DNA of 64,000 nt from Octopus vulgaris (lineage: Eukaryota): positions 3,410,001 through 3,474,000 of the forward strand of contig OX597820.1 of the NCBI GenBank assembly GCA_951406725.2. The letters are read 5' to 3'. Position numbers and translations under genes: made by a program. The notes beneath the pieces are model-generated. The model searched no databases. It had not been told where the DNA came from and saw only the letters and a list, made by a program, of their open reading frames with translations. Below are positions 1 through 13,028 of the stretch, in pieces; within the stretch, counting starts at the first letter, position 1, and each line of letters starts with the position of its first letter.

Positions 1-82
1 CCATCATCCACATTCGCTTACAAGGCAATGGTCAGTCCGGGTCTATATTTAAAATTTCATACATTAACGAAATGTTTTACAG

Positions 83-560
83 CAGGAGTCGTCAACCACC
101 GGGCCGCAGATTTTTAGGGGGGGGAGGGGGCATGGAGCATTTGGTACCGAACCCCACAGGTAGAACAAATTTTGCTTCTATTTTCCTTTTTATATTTTAC
201 CAGTGCAGTTTGCAGGGTGTTTTTGCGGTTACATATGGAATAATTAAGGTGGCGAACTGACAGAATCGTTACCTTTCCGAACAAAATGCTTAGCGACATC
301 TCGTCCGTCTTTACGTTCTGAACTCAGATTCTGCCGAGGACGACCTTATTTCTTATCCTTTCGGGGTCGATGCAATCGACTTAGCTCCTGCCTCGAAATT
401 GCTGGCCTTGTGCCAAAATTTGAAACTAATTTACATGTAATAATTAAATCACATGTTTTTCAATTTACTTTGTTTTGTTATGCGCGTGATTCCAGGTCCA
501 TGGAAAAAATGTCGTCTGGCATAAAACGGTTCTGCGGTGCCAAAAAGTTTGAGGACTGAT
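83..560. mobile_element. Degenerate hAT (Charlie/MER1-like) non-autonomous DNA transposon, interrupted by a SINE
   Basis: Ends CAGGAGTCGTCAACCACCGGGCCGC... and ...GGTGCCAAAAAGTTTGAGGACTGATG resemble the termini of hAT-Charlie MITEs; diverged. Confidence 0.45.
248..430 (+). mobile_element. tRNA-type SINE family A copy
   Basis: GGTGGCGAACTGACAGAATCGTT...TATCCTTTCGGGGTCGA matches many copies in the window; flanked by an imperfect duplication TTACATATGGAATAATTAA / TTACATGTAATAATTAA. Confidence 0.8.
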
Positions 561-1559
561 GTTTCACATGATAGCAACAGAAACCAGCTCAGTAACTTTG
601 ATTGTACAGGGTGACAACACTAAGCAGTTATGTGTAGAAATACAAACTTGTTTCCAGTTCAAATACGCTTGCGATTATAATCGGAAGACATTCACTGTAT
701 TTTGTAACGGAGAAAATTTCTCACCGTGAACAAACAGGCGTAAATACACCTGGTCAACCCCACAACGGTCCCTGAAAGACATTTTCGAGTGGTTATCTTC
801 TCTTCTGTAACAGAGATCGGAAAGGCTGACGCTGCGAACTGAAACGAGAGACAAGTCGCTCTCATGATCGTCTGGTCATCATCCAATGGCGACATTCAGC
901 GGTTAACCGTGAATAAAATACAGGATGACAGCGCCGAGCGGTGATGTTCATAAATACAAACTCGTTACCTATTCAAATATACTTGGGGAATATTCGAAGC
1001 CGCGAGAAAACCATTCATTATGTTTTATCATAGAGAGAATTTCACAGCTGCGAATACACCAATTCAGCTTGCAGCGGCCCCTAACTTTTGGATGCGTGCA
1101 TTTCGAAGTGGCTGGGTTCGAATATGCGTCAAGCACATTTGAAGTGGTAACAAAGTGTGTATTGCGACTGTACTGTCTTAATACTGGAATGTATCTAGGT
1201 CAGGGCCGTTCTCTGTGCTAAACAGATACTGAACTAGACTCTGTTTTGTATATAAGCTGACTTTAACCCGTTTAATAAACAATAGGTACTTAAGTTTCAG
1301 GTCATACCATGTAACATCATATCAAAAGCAAAATTATAATCTCGGCAAAATAGTTAAAAACAGATAAATATATGAACAGGTAAACAGGTAGACTTCTGAT
1401 TATATAACGGTGGTGTTGTTAGGGCCATGATAAAGCAAATATCGAATAGAAAAATAAAGATAATTTTAACAACGAAAGAATTTTTATTGTATTTGAAAAA
1501 GAGACGTTTAACGGAAAACATGTTGAAATATAATATATAATATAATATAATATTTTATA

Positions 1560-1749
<190 letters not shown>

Positions 1750-1753
<4 letters not shown>

Positions 1754-3290
1754 ATATTTCGGAATGGTCATATTGCCAGTTTAGCCAATAAAAACACACG
1801 CACTATATATTTGGTGTTATTTTGCTTCAGTGTTATTTATTTTTTACATTAATCTTAATCTTATTTCGGCCAGAGTTCTTTCGTCACACTCCTGTGACCG
1901 CATCAGTGGTCCTTTGTTTTCTTCTTTCTTATTTGTGTTCTCTCCTTACTAACCGTCAGCCATTTTGTATTTCTATTGTATGTTTTCATTTGCGCATGCT
2001 TATATCTCTATGTGCGTCTATGTTTATTTAGTGTGTGTATGTGGGGGGATGCCTGTAATATTTGTATCTTCTGTTTATATACGTTCATGTAATTTGTATT
2101 TTGTTTTTGTTGTTGTTGTTTTTGTTTATTCTTATTTTGTTCATGTGTTTACGTCCACTTATTATTATCATTACACATGCTTGTATGTATGTATGTATGT
2201 ATGTATGTATGTATGTATGTATGTATGTATGTATGCATGTATGTATAACAACAATACTAGTAATAATAATAATAAATCGAATCGAAAAAAAAAAAATATA
2301 TATATATAGTTATTTATTTCTATTTGTTTATTTATCTGTGTATTTATTATGTTTTCAGGATCCTCTATCGTCATATGTTGTGGTGTGTGCTAGCGCTCCA
2401 TTCTAGTTTCCTATTCAGGCTAGGTTTATCTTCTATTATGTGTGTAGCTTCTGTAATTTGTCTGATTGTTGCATCTGTTCTATGTGTGGACAATATTTTA
2501 ATTTCTATGTTATTGATTGATCCCCCGTGTTCCTGTTCGGCGTGTTGGTACATAATCGATGAGCTTTTACCTTCCTTGAGTTGTCTCCAATGCCCATTTA
2601 CCCGCTCTCCTATGCTTCTTGCCGTTTCCCCTACGTATGTCGTTGTTTTGTTACTGCATCGTCCCTCTATACATCTTATACTATAGACTACATTTCTGGC
2701 TTTACAGTTTGTTTGTGGGCTAAATCTACATACAGTACAGTACTTATCCGTACAGGGGGTTCTACTAAAAGGATAGGTTCTACCAATTATAGATTTGATA
2801 GGGTTGCCTGCCTTTTCAACAACCTTAATTCTTAGCTTAAGTTTGTCTAGGGTCCTTCTAAAGCGGTACGCCAGTTCACCTCCAGGGGTGGTGTCAACGA
2901 ACATGACACTCTGGTATTTATGGCTATCATACCAAGAGTTGGCCTTCCCTATTTTCTTTTTTGTCCTTTCTATAGTGTTCCATGACTTGTTTCTATAGAG
3001 TGGGCAAATCCCATTCCTATCATTACATAATATATTATCAAATTTCTTCATGGCTCCTTTGTATACTCTGATCTTTTCTTTATAGCTGTAACCTGAGAAC
3101 TGCATGCGGTGAATGAAATATTGTATGTGTCTCTTTAACTCTGTGGTCTCGCACATGCGTGACACATTTCTCATTATTCTGACGAGGTCTGCCATCAAAA
3201 TATTGAATTTGGCATTGTCCGCAATGGCTGAGTTCCGGTGGATCAAGTATTTTGAGGTCATAGGTTTGGCATAGTATGAATGAAGGATAC
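1750..3290 (-). mobile_element. 5'-truncated Penelope-like element (RT thumb, Cys linker, GIY-YIG endonuclease) with 3' pseudo-LTR
   Basis: ORF 2371-3312(-): YAKPMTSKYLIHRNSA (thumb region), PCTDKYCTVC..NC linker, NVVYSIRC...TYVGETARSIGERVNGH (GIY-YIG), C-terminal PSLN; hammerhead-like motif downstream at 1870-1909. Confidence 0.9.
1870..1909 (-). ncRNA. Minimal type I hammerhead-ribozyme-like motif (variant core)
   Basis: Minus strand CCA-CTGATGCG-GTCAC-AGGAGT-GTGAC-GAAA-GAAC-TC-TGG: stems I and II pair; A9 is replaced by C. Confidence 0.55.
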
Positions 3291-3496
3291 ACATATATAC
3301 ACATATATACATGCACTAGCACTATGACCCGGAAACGACGGGTCTTTAATGCTAGTTTATCGATAAAATAATATGTTACAATTATTCAATAGTCAAGATA
3401 TATATATCTTGACTATTATTCAATTAATTCAATAGTCAAGATATATGTATATATATATATATCTTGACTATTATTCAATTAATTCAATAGTCAAGA

Positions 3497-3582
<86 letters not shown>

Positions 3583-3621
3583 CATGTATATATATACATA
3601 TATACATATATATATATATAT

Positions 3622-4648
3622 TGTTGTGGTTCAATTTGAGGACAGTTGACGGCGACCTACTTTTGGCAATGAATCCATTGTTCTGCCAGATGCGGGTTGA
3701 TTAATTAGCTCTGGGGAAACTCCCCGACCCTTTCAGGTGAATTAGAGTTCAGTTTGTGAGAGACAGTGAGAGAAATGTTGAGGGGCTGAGGAAGACAGAT
3801 TAAGGAATCCGAGGAGCTGACAAGCGAGAGAATGATAGAGAATGTGAAAGAGGAAGACAGGCAGAGAGTATTACAGAGCTAAGAGAGAGGGAGATTACGA
3901 CAGAGAGATTGGGGTAGTGACAAGGCAGTCGAGGACAGAGCAAGTGAGGATTTAGCAGTCGGTATTTGGGAGTCAAGGCGAGCAGTTGGCAGTTGGATTT
4001 GGTAGTCAGGATTTGGTATTCGAGGTAAGCGGTTGGCAGTTGGATTTAGCAGTGCTAAGAGAGATGAACCACAATGTGAGACATTGGCTGATGTAACGGT
4101 ACGTGAATTGTTGTATTGATATGTGTTATAAAGGCTGGAAAAGAAATGAGACAGTAAAAAGAACAATGTGAACTGTGTTGATATGTGTTACAGAACTGTT
4201 AAAGAAAGAGAGAGACTCTGTTGTAGTCTTTAATGAACATTGAACTGTATATGCCTTTAATGTCCTTTGAACTGTAACGTTAATGTGATTTGAAACAGAA
4301 CTGTTGTCTCCGGACTGTATAATGTATTGACTTGTTGTTTAATTCGACGTGTACTCTTTAAATGCTGTTGTTATTGCATTTGATGTGTTGTTACTTGCAT
4401 GTATTTCCTCTTTGATGTATCTGATATGTATTTGATGTTGTAACAATTATTTAGTGTTATAAACTAGTACGTTAAATGTAAGCCAATTGCCTTCAGCTGT
4501 GTCTCTCTCGATTGTCTCTGTGTCTCTTCCTGCTGCTGTCGTTGTAATTGTTGTCTCTCTCTCCTCTCCGAGTTTCCGTGGCGAACATTCACTGATCGAT
4601 CGGGCCTGTGTGAGGGATTCCGTAACAGCTTTCGTTCGGGGGCCCCGT

Positions 4649-4652
<4 letters not shown>
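3622..4652. mobile_element. Probable solo LTR (~1.03 kb) inserted in (TA)n
   Basis: Starts TGTTG, ends TAACA (TG...CA inverted termini), non-coding, bounded on both sides by TA repeats. Confidence 0.6.
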
Positions 4653-4696
<44 letters not shown>

Positions 4697-4704
<8 letters not shown>

Positions 4705-5005
4705 ATCACGTGACCGACCGGACCATCAGATATTGTTACACATCGCTGGTCACAATGCGTTCGCATTGTTTTTTTTAGCCTTCGAATGACGCCACCCCGC
4801 TGGCCAAGCGAGCAGGCCAACAGAAGAAAGAGTGGGAGAAAGAGTGGTGAAAGAGTACAGCAGGGATCACCACCCCCTGCCGGGGCCTCGTGGAGCTTTT
4901 AGGTGTGTTCGCTCAATAAACACTCACAACGCCCGGTCTGGGAATCGAAACCGCGATCCTGCGACCGCGAGTCCGCTGCCCTAACCACTAAGCCATTGCG
5001 CCTCC
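4697..5005 (-). mobile_element. tRNA-derived SINE family C, tail type ending GTCACGTGAT
   Basis: Minus-strand head GGAGGCGCAATGGCTTAGTGGTTAGGGCAGCGGACTCGCGGTCGCAGGATCGCGGTTTCGATTCCC with A and B boxes; related copies at 24363-24480 and 33778-34066. Confidence 0.85.
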
Positions 5006-5023
5006 ACACACACACACACACAC

Positions 5024-5072
<49 letters not shown>

Positions 5073-5147
5073 GTGTGTGTGTATCTATCTGTATATGTAT
5101 ATCTATCTATCTGTCTGTCTGTCTGTCTGTCTGTATATATATATATC

Positions 5148-5511
5148 TTTTGTTTCAGTCATTTGACTGCGGCCATGCTGGAGCACCGCCTTTAGTCGAG
5201 CAAGTACTTATTGTATCGGTCTCTTTGCCGAGTTTATGTCCCCGACTTTACGGGGACATAAACTCACCAGCATCGGTTGTCAAGCGATGTTGGGGGGACA
5301 AACACAGACACACAAACACACACATATATATAGATACATATACATATATACGACGGACTTCTTTCAATTTCCGTCTACCAAATCCACTCACAAGGCTTTG
5401 GTCGGCCCGAGGCTATAGTAGAAGACACTTGCCCAAAGTGCCACGCAGTAGGATTGAACCCGGAACCATGTGGTTGGTAAGCAAGCTACTTACCACACAG
5501 CCACTCCTGCG

Positions 5512-5513
<2 letters not shown>
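5148..5513 (-). mobile_element. tRNA-type SINE family B copy
   Basis: Head GGCGCAGGAGTGGCTGTGTGGTAAG...GGTTCAATCC, central GTGAGTGGATTTGGTAGACGGAAA and tail CAGCATGGCCGCAGTCAAATGACTGAAAC; many copies in the window. Confidence 0.85.
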
Positions 5514-5549
<36 letters not shown>

Positions 5550-5671
5550 AGATAATACATTGCATCGCAATCATTAACATTTATGTATTAACTTTGTTGG
5601 GTACTTCACTAGCAGTATATTGGATATATGTTATCCCATGGAGGGTTGCATTTACAACCCCTATCTCAATT

Positions 5672-5711
<40 letters not shown>

Positions 5712-5761
5712 CATACATATATATATATACATATATACACACACATACATATACATATATA

Positions 5762-6016
5762 TCGGGTTGGTGCATAATTACTGCGGTTTTTTTTTTTTTC
5801 AACTAATTTTATTCAACAAAAACAATAAGAATATGTAACAAAAACATCTTTAAATGATGGTCTGACCGTCTGCCAAGCAAATGGGAAGCAGTAATTGAAG
5901 TAGATGGTGAATATGCTCCAGAATAATCATTTAAAGATGTTTTTCTTACATGTTGCTATTGTTTTTGCTCAATAAAATTTATTGGAAAAAGTTGCAATAA
6001 TTATGCACCAACCCCT
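5762..6016. mobile_element. Mariner-derived MITE with long inverted arms
   Basis: GGGTTGGTGCATAATTA / TAATTATGCACCAACCC termini, arms ~95 bp; the centre encodes LPSKWEAVIEVDGEYAPE*, a mariner-type C-terminus. Confidence 0.8.
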
Positions 6017-6048
6017 TATATACATACATACATACATACATACATACA

Positions 6049-6129
<81 letters not shown>

Positions 6130-6259
6130 GTTTATTCGTGTTTTGCAAGCTTCCTGTGAAATCGTGTATTGAAACAGATGTATGTAGAAATAAATGGTGC
6201 GTGTGTTTATTTGGCGAGAAAAAAAAATGACCATATCGAAATGCAATAATTTTTTTTCC

Positions 6260-6323
<64 letters not shown>

Positions 6324-6349
6324 TATATGATTGATTGATTGATTGATTG

Positions 6350-6780
6350 ATTCTAGTTTCAGCTCACGAGCTGTGGCCATGCTGGGGCACCGCCATTTGG
6401 TGTTGCTAGATGGTTTTACTTCACGAATGCTTTTAAGCAACTGCCATTTGGTGCATGAGAGAGTTCGATGCAGCTGCCCTCATCTGCACCTCCTGCCGTG
6501 AAGTTGGTTCATCTGGGATACCTGACAAGAAGAGATCCAGTTTCATTTTAAAGACATCTGCATCCACCCCATGCAAGTCTCTTAGGTTCCTCGGAAGCCC
6601 AGGCTATCACAGTATCTTGTCCTACATCTTGATGGCAAATTTGGAGTCCTAGGCACCACGCAGTGGCGCCCAGTTCTGGCATTTGTGTAACTCTCGATGC
6701 CAAAGTTTGGGACAAGTCCCTCCAGGATCTTCCAGATGTATATTATGGCATATCTTTCTCGCCTACGCTCCAAGGAATAG
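6350..6780 (-). mobile_element. CR1-group LINE 3' fragment
   Basis: ERRRERYAIIYIWKILEGLVPNFGI, same family as 24526-25407; ends at a (TCAA)n tail. Confidence 0.85.
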
Positions 6781-7484
6781 AACTTTTCTCACGGTGGAAC
6801 AATGGTTTTTTCCTGTGACACCAGTTTTACATTTTCCAGATGCCTTTAGCTAGACCGAAATAATGTATTCACCACTTGACCCTTTCTAACCTCTTCTACT
6901 TCACCAAAAGCTAGAATTAAGATAACAAGACCACCAACTAAATCTATTGTTCTCAACAATATGTCTATCCTTCTGGATTGTTATAAAAGCAAGAACCCCA
7001 AGCAAAAATCAGTTAGTCACTTTGGTGGCAACTCGTGAGTTGAGAGAGAGCTAACATCAGTTAGTTAACCGACCACTAGAATCAAAGAAGGAGGCAGACA
7101 AACGGCCAGAATGAAAAAGAACGACAACGTCCCACACTCCCTCACTCTCACTAGCTCCAATTCTGTTCTCTTACAATATCATACTATTTTCCTTTGTAAT
7201 TACTACTAAACAATGACGAGAACACAAACACAAGCTATGTAATGAAAATCTATCTTTACTTCGCATGCTTTACGATTTTATCACCTGCCCGTCGAGGCAA
7301 TGTATTATATTCAATGTAACGGTAAATAGTTTCTTCACAACTTCAATCACTGTTCTTTCATCTTTACATAATGGCTATCAACGAAACAGATCACATCCAT
7401 CCTGCTGTGTATCGACTACCGTTTTTCACATTATCGTTATACAAACTTAATTTCGACCGTTACATATATATACATATGTGTGCT

Positions 7485-7900
7485 TTTGAGAATTTGTTTG
7501 GCTATTTTGGACTGCTTTTTACTTTTGATGATTTGGTAGGTTTCTAGAATTATTTTCATTTTTTCATCTTCAAGTAGAATGGGGAGTTTTTTTTTTTTGT
7601 GGACGAGGTCAAATATTTCAGTGTTTCTGGGGTTAAAGGTAGAGACATATGGTTTAAATATTTTTCTTTGATTTTATTTTAGTTTTCCTTAGTTCTTGGC
7701 TATCCATATGTTTTGTTCTGTCTATACCATTGGTGATGAAGCCTCGTGGGAGAGTCTTTGTTCACGTTTAGAAGGGTCTGACACTATTGTACAAATTCGT
7801 TTTACCAGGTTAAACGGAATATTCAGCATGGTGTGTTTTGGGTGGCATGATGTGAATAGAAGGTGTTGTTTGGAGTCCGTGGCTTGGATTCTTAACTCCT
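7485..7900 (-). pseudogene. Degraded Penelope-like RT thumb fragment
   Basis: TDSKQHLLFTSCHPKHTMLNIPFNLVKRICTIVS is homologous to the PLE ORF at 31759-33126; stops and frameshifts follow. Confidence 0.85.
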
Positions 7901-7904
7901 CTTC

Positions 7905-8004
<100 letters not shown>

Positions 8005-8039
8005 GCATATATGTACACACACACACACACATATGTATA

Positions 8040-8570
8040 TGTAAGCGACGGAGTGCCCGTTGTGTACGTATGTGATGCAGAACGGGAAAAGAAGCAGCAA
8101 ATGATTTGGGTGAGTTGAATCAGCAACGATTTATTGCCCTCGTTATAGAATACGATTGCCAAAAGAGAAAGGAGATTATGAAAGAAGGGCTCAGTTCTGC
8201 TGGGTCTGTTGATGTGGCTGTGGTCTGCTGTCTGTCGCGGTGACGATGAAGACTGGAGAAGGCTGGCTGAAGAAAGCCGTGAGACGTGGTGTGCGTGGGC
8301 GTTGGCTGCTGCCAAAGACCGACGGAAGCAGAATAAAAGGGTTTTTATAACCTTGGGTTGGCTCCAGAGACAAAGAGGTCTTTCACGCGTTGAAAACAAA
8401 CTGCTGCAAACACGCGATTGGACAGTTAGTAAGCGACCAATACATGCAACTAGTTTGGCAAGCCACCGGGTCATGTGACTCGGTGGAAAGAAAAGGTCTG
8501 TTGAGCCTATTCTGCAGTATTTAAACTTGAACAACGAAACTTAATAAAACCATTACACATCTCTGCTACA
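8040..8570 (+). mobile_element. Probable solo LTR (~530 bp)
   Basis: TGTAAG...GCTACA termini, AATAAA near 8543, embedded in TA repeats, no credible ORF. Confidence 0.65.
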
Positions 8571-9269
8571 TATATATATATACTACAAAATTAGAAAATG
8601 GAGAAACATACTTAAATCAATCAAATATCAACCATCAGATGATACCCAATCAATACTTTATTACACCATTACATAACAGTAAAGGCATTATACAAAATAT
8701 ATAGTAAATATAATTAGACAATGAAATAGACATATAAAATATAAAATATAATATATAATTATATCATAATATATATATATATATATAAATTTCTGTTGAT
8801 TCACCGAGAATCATTAAATTACAGAACTCCATAAATATAGAGTGTTCTTTAATTCATCATAACTCTGAAAGGCCCGTAATTTCGCTATTTGAGTTTCACG
8901 TTTCCGTTCTTTCATTTCGTAATACGAACCTGTTTTCTCTTAGATTCTCAGTTGTTTGAATATATTTTGAAATATATTTTGAATATATTTTGAATATATT
9001 TTGAATATATTTTTAAATCGTGCGAATGATTCGAGCAAAAACGGCTGTTTTCAAGATCACGTTTTTCATTCAATTCTAGCTCAGGTGGAAAAACTTCAAG
9101 CAAGGAGGTCACTCTAAATACCATGGTCGTGAAATTTGTTGTTAAATAACATTTTAAAACTTTTTTCTTGACGACTCTTCGAAATCAGCGTTTTTTTTTA
9201 ACCCCCTGAAACGATCTGAAATTCAAGATGATTGGCACTTGTGTGGAATCCCATTGTACACGTATATAA

Positions 9270-9312
<43 letters not shown>

Positions 9313-9593
9313 TGTGTGTGTGTGTATGTGTATATATATGTGTGGGGGGGGGTGTGTGTGTGTGTGTGTGTGTATATATGTGTATGTGGGGGGTATGTGT
9401 GTGTGTATGTGTGTGTGTATATGTGTATGTGGGGGGTATGTGTGTGTGTATGTGTGTGTGTAGATGTGTGTGTGTGTATGTGTGTGTGCGTATATGTGTG
9501 TGTGTGTGTATGTGTGTGTGTGTATGTGTGTGTGCGTATATGTGTGTGTGTGTGTATGTATGTGTGTGTGTATATGTGTGTGTATGTGTGTGT

Positions 9594-9634
<41 letters not shown>

Positions 9635-9677
9635 TGTGTATATGTGTGTGTGTGTGTATGTGTGTGTGTGTGTGTGT
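9270..9677. repeat. (TG)n-rich microsatellite expanded inside a SINE B copy
   Basis: Direct reading; SINE B sequence flanks it (9240-9270, 9680-9900). Confidence 0.9.
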
Positions 9678-9900
9678 TTGCCATTGTTCTACCAATCTGC
9701 CAACATCCTTTGACAACCGGTATGAGTTTCTTTACATCCTCCATGACATGGCGGTTCGACAAAAGACACCGATGGAATAAGTACTATACATTAAAAGATA
9801 AAAAAAAAAGGAGAAAAACACATGTATTGTTGTCGATTCGTTCGACTCACCCCGTCAGGATATTGTCCTCTCGCATGGTCGCCATCCAGTGACTGAAACC

Positions 9901-10126
9901 TATTTCTTTACTACCCACAAGGGGCTAAACACAGAGAGGACAGACAAAGGGATTAAGTCGATTACATCGACCTCAGGGCGTAACTGGTACTTAATTTATC
10001 GACCCCGAAAAGATGAAAGGCAAAGTCGACTTCGGCGGAATTTGAACTCAGAACGTAGCGGCGGACAAAATACCGCTAAGCATTTCGCCCGGCGTGCTAA
10101 CGTTTCTGCCAGCTCCTCGCCACCCT
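9901..10126 (-). mobile_element. SINE A with 12-bp target-site duplication
   Basis: GTGACTGAAACC at 9889-9900 and 10127-10138; inserted in the tail of a SINE B copy. Confidence 0.9.
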
Positions 10127-10529
10127 GTGACTGAAACCGTCTACTTATAAATACACTTACACAAAAAATATGTAGCTCCATGCGTTTCGTCATTTAGATA
10201 ATGGAAAGGTTGAGGAGTATCGTCGTTGAGTTGTGATTTAGGTATCAGTTGATTTTGATCCAGTTAAAAGGGAAAAAAATGTCTGACGAAATGCAAAAAT
10301 GCTGAAACGAAGAATTATTTTTTTATTCTTTGCAAACGAAGGGTAAATAGTGAAACCGGAATTATCTCCCTTGCACTTCAGTTTAATTTCTTTTTCTCTA
10401 TTTCAAATATTTCCATAGCATGTTTAGATTCTAATCGATCTATGATTATTATTATAGATCGATTATGAAGAAGCCTAAACTATTGAGGTAATGAACCGAA
10501 TATCATATTTGATTCCGTATTGTGTTTTA

Positions 10530-10912
10530 AGCTGCGTGGTTAAGAAGCTTACTTTTACCGCGATTTCGTTTTGGGGGTCAGTCCCACTGCGTGATATTTT
10601 GGGCAAGAGTCTCCTACCGTATGAGTGGATCTGATAGGCAGAAACTGTGTGGAAGCCCATTGCATACGTATATAAATGTTGTGTCTGTGTGTGTGGGCTT
10701 GTGTTCGCTTGTGTTTGTATTTGGTTTTGTCCTACCAATCTGCCAACATGGCTTGAATAAGCAGTTCGCCAAAAGGCCACCGGTGGAATAAGTACTAAAC
10801 ATTAAAAGAAGAAAAAAACAAAGGAAGAAAAACATACATATTGTTGTCAATTCGTTCGACTCAACCTTCACGGCGGTGTCCCCTCGCATGGTCGCCGTCC
10901 AATGACTGAAAC
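10530..10912 (+). mobile_element. Diverged SINE B copy
   Basis: GTGGTTAAGAAGCTT head, GAGTGGATCTGATAGGCAGAAACTG core, CAATGACTGAAACC tail. Confidence 0.75.
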
Positions 10913-11144
10913 CGTCCCTTTATATATCTACTCAGTTCCATACGTTACGCTACATCACTTTTGTCTGTCGCCTTTTAACAATTCGCTTTCTTCCTAAAAA
11001 AATAATAATAAACATCCAGAAATGAAGAGAGTGACGGGTTCAGAGCTGGCGGCACATCAGAGCTGGCGGCACATCAATCGGTCCGGCAGAGGAAAAAAAC
11101 AAAAAAAAAAAAAAAGAAATTAATAAATATGTCTTTTATCTTTG

Positions 11145-11330
11145 TCTTTTGCTTGTTTCAGTCATTAGACTGCGGCCATGCTGGAACATCGCCTTGAAGA
11201 ATTTTAGTCGAACAAGTCCACATCGATACGTATTTTTTAAATCTTTGGATTATTCTATCGAGCTATTTTGCTTACAATGACGTAAACACACCAGCACCGG
11301 TTGTCAAGCGATGCTAAGAGACAAACACAG
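11145..11330 (-). mobile_element. SINE B 3' part
   Basis: TGTTTCAGTCATTAGACTGCGGCCATGCTGG. Confidence 0.75.
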
Positions 11331-11352
11331 AAATAAAGACATACACACACAT

Positions 11353-11396
<44 letters not shown>

Positions 11397-11625
11397 ACAC
11401 ACATATACACACACATACACACGCGCGCGCACGCACACATACACACACTCAGGTATATATGTATGTCTCTCTCTCTCTCTCTCTTTCTCTAAAGATATAA
11501 ACGATGGAGAAATATTATGATGAACTTTATTCAACAACAAAACTTCGTTTATATCTTTCTATTCTCCTTATTTGTTTTGTCATGTTTATTACAATATACT
11601 CTGCATGGTTTGTACAATGACAAGT

Positions 11626-11708
<83 letters not shown>

Positions 11709-11804
11709 TAAAAAAACGGAGAAAAGGACAAGAAAAAACAACAACTCGAAGATGTAGCTCATGCAAGGAACTAATAAGACACTCAGAGAAGCGAAAGAGT
11801 GGTT

Positions 11805-11839
11805 GTTTTACGTTTCGAGCATTGCTCTTCTTCGGAAAC
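11805..11839 (-). ncRNA. Minimal type I hammerhead-like motif in a PLE pseudo-LTR fragment
   Basis: GTTT-CCGAAGA-AGAGC-AAT-GCTC-GAAACGT-A-AAAC. Confidence 0.6.
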
Positions 11840-12341
11840 AGGAAACAGATATAGCTGAAAGCCGTTTGTCCATTATATTATGTATAATTCTTTTTCTGTT
11901 GCACGTGTATTATTATTTCATAAAGTTGCGCTCGTCCGATTGTCGAAATGCCGTTTGTGTTATTTATCTATTTGTAATTGAGAATGTACAATTATTTTGC
12001 TTCTGGTGTATAGCCGAGAGACGTCCGTTTGTTGTATGTGTATAATTCTAGCTTCCTTGTTTTTGTTTCCGTTCTTGTTTTCGTTATTGTATACAGTCGT
12101 TTGCTTTTCCCAGAGGCTTAATGCTTTTAGCTTATGTCTCTGGCACTAGCCGGATCCGAGCAGTCTCAGTGATAAGAAAGTGCTAAGCTGCAAGGGATAC
12201 TGACTGAGGGGAAATCGGCTGCGAATGATCCATGTATCTTGCTTTTGTCCTGTTTACCGTTTGTTATGGCATCGTCTATTTTTATCGCATGTTCTTTTGT
12301 TGGATTTCTGCTTGTTGTGTTCTTCTTTCTGTCCAACTCTT

Positions 12342-12389
<48 letters not shown>

Positions 12390-12409
12390 AAGAGTTTATA
12401 AACCCATTT

Positions 12410-12470
<61 letters not shown>

Positions 12471-12472
<2 letters not shown>

Positions 12473-12652
12473 AATGGGACAAGAACGCAAAACATCTAGA
12501 AGACGATACAAAAAACACGGACGGGTCATTCGAAGATTAATCAGCCGAAATTGCGAGGATGATCCGGTTCTTGACTGAAGATTAAAGGCTTTGAATGACC
12601 CGTCCGTGTTTTTTGTATCGTCCTTTAGATATTTTGCGTTCTTGTCCCATTT

Positions 12653-12653
<1 letters not shown>
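12471..12653. repeat. Inverted repeat (~60-bp arms) of a PLE-like terminus between (TA)n runs
   Basis: AAAATGGGACAAGAACGCAAAA...ACGGGTCATTC / GAATGACCCGT...TTTTGCGTTCTTGTCCCATTTT; the same family occurs at 38183-38315 and 38665-38767. Confidence 0.85.
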
Positions 12654-12691
<38 letters not shown>

Positions 12692-12724
12692 CGGCGTACG
12701 TACACTATGTTCTCTTATATGTAA

Positions 12725-12781
<57 letters not shown>

Positions 12782-12786
<5 letters not shown>

Positions 12787-13028
12787 TTAAAAAGCAGCAG
12801 AAAATTCAACAAAACCTGTTACTCTGAGTTTCACGTTCCCGTTCGTCGGACAGTTTTTGCTAGAATCTAGCAAAAATTCTAGCAAAAACTGTCCGACGAA
12901 CGGGAACGTGAAACTCAGAGTAACAAGTTTTGTTGAATTATCTGCTGTTTTTAAATAAAGCATATTACTCTACCACTGGTATTTGAGTACTCTTTTTTCC
13001 ACCTTGTTTCACATTTATGTGTTTACTC

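Noticed and set aside
640-1250. Unique, relatively GC-richer stretch with short ORFs (692-895, 925-1221)
   Set aside because: No recognisable domain or convincing splice-site pair; could be regulatory, but nothing specific supports that.
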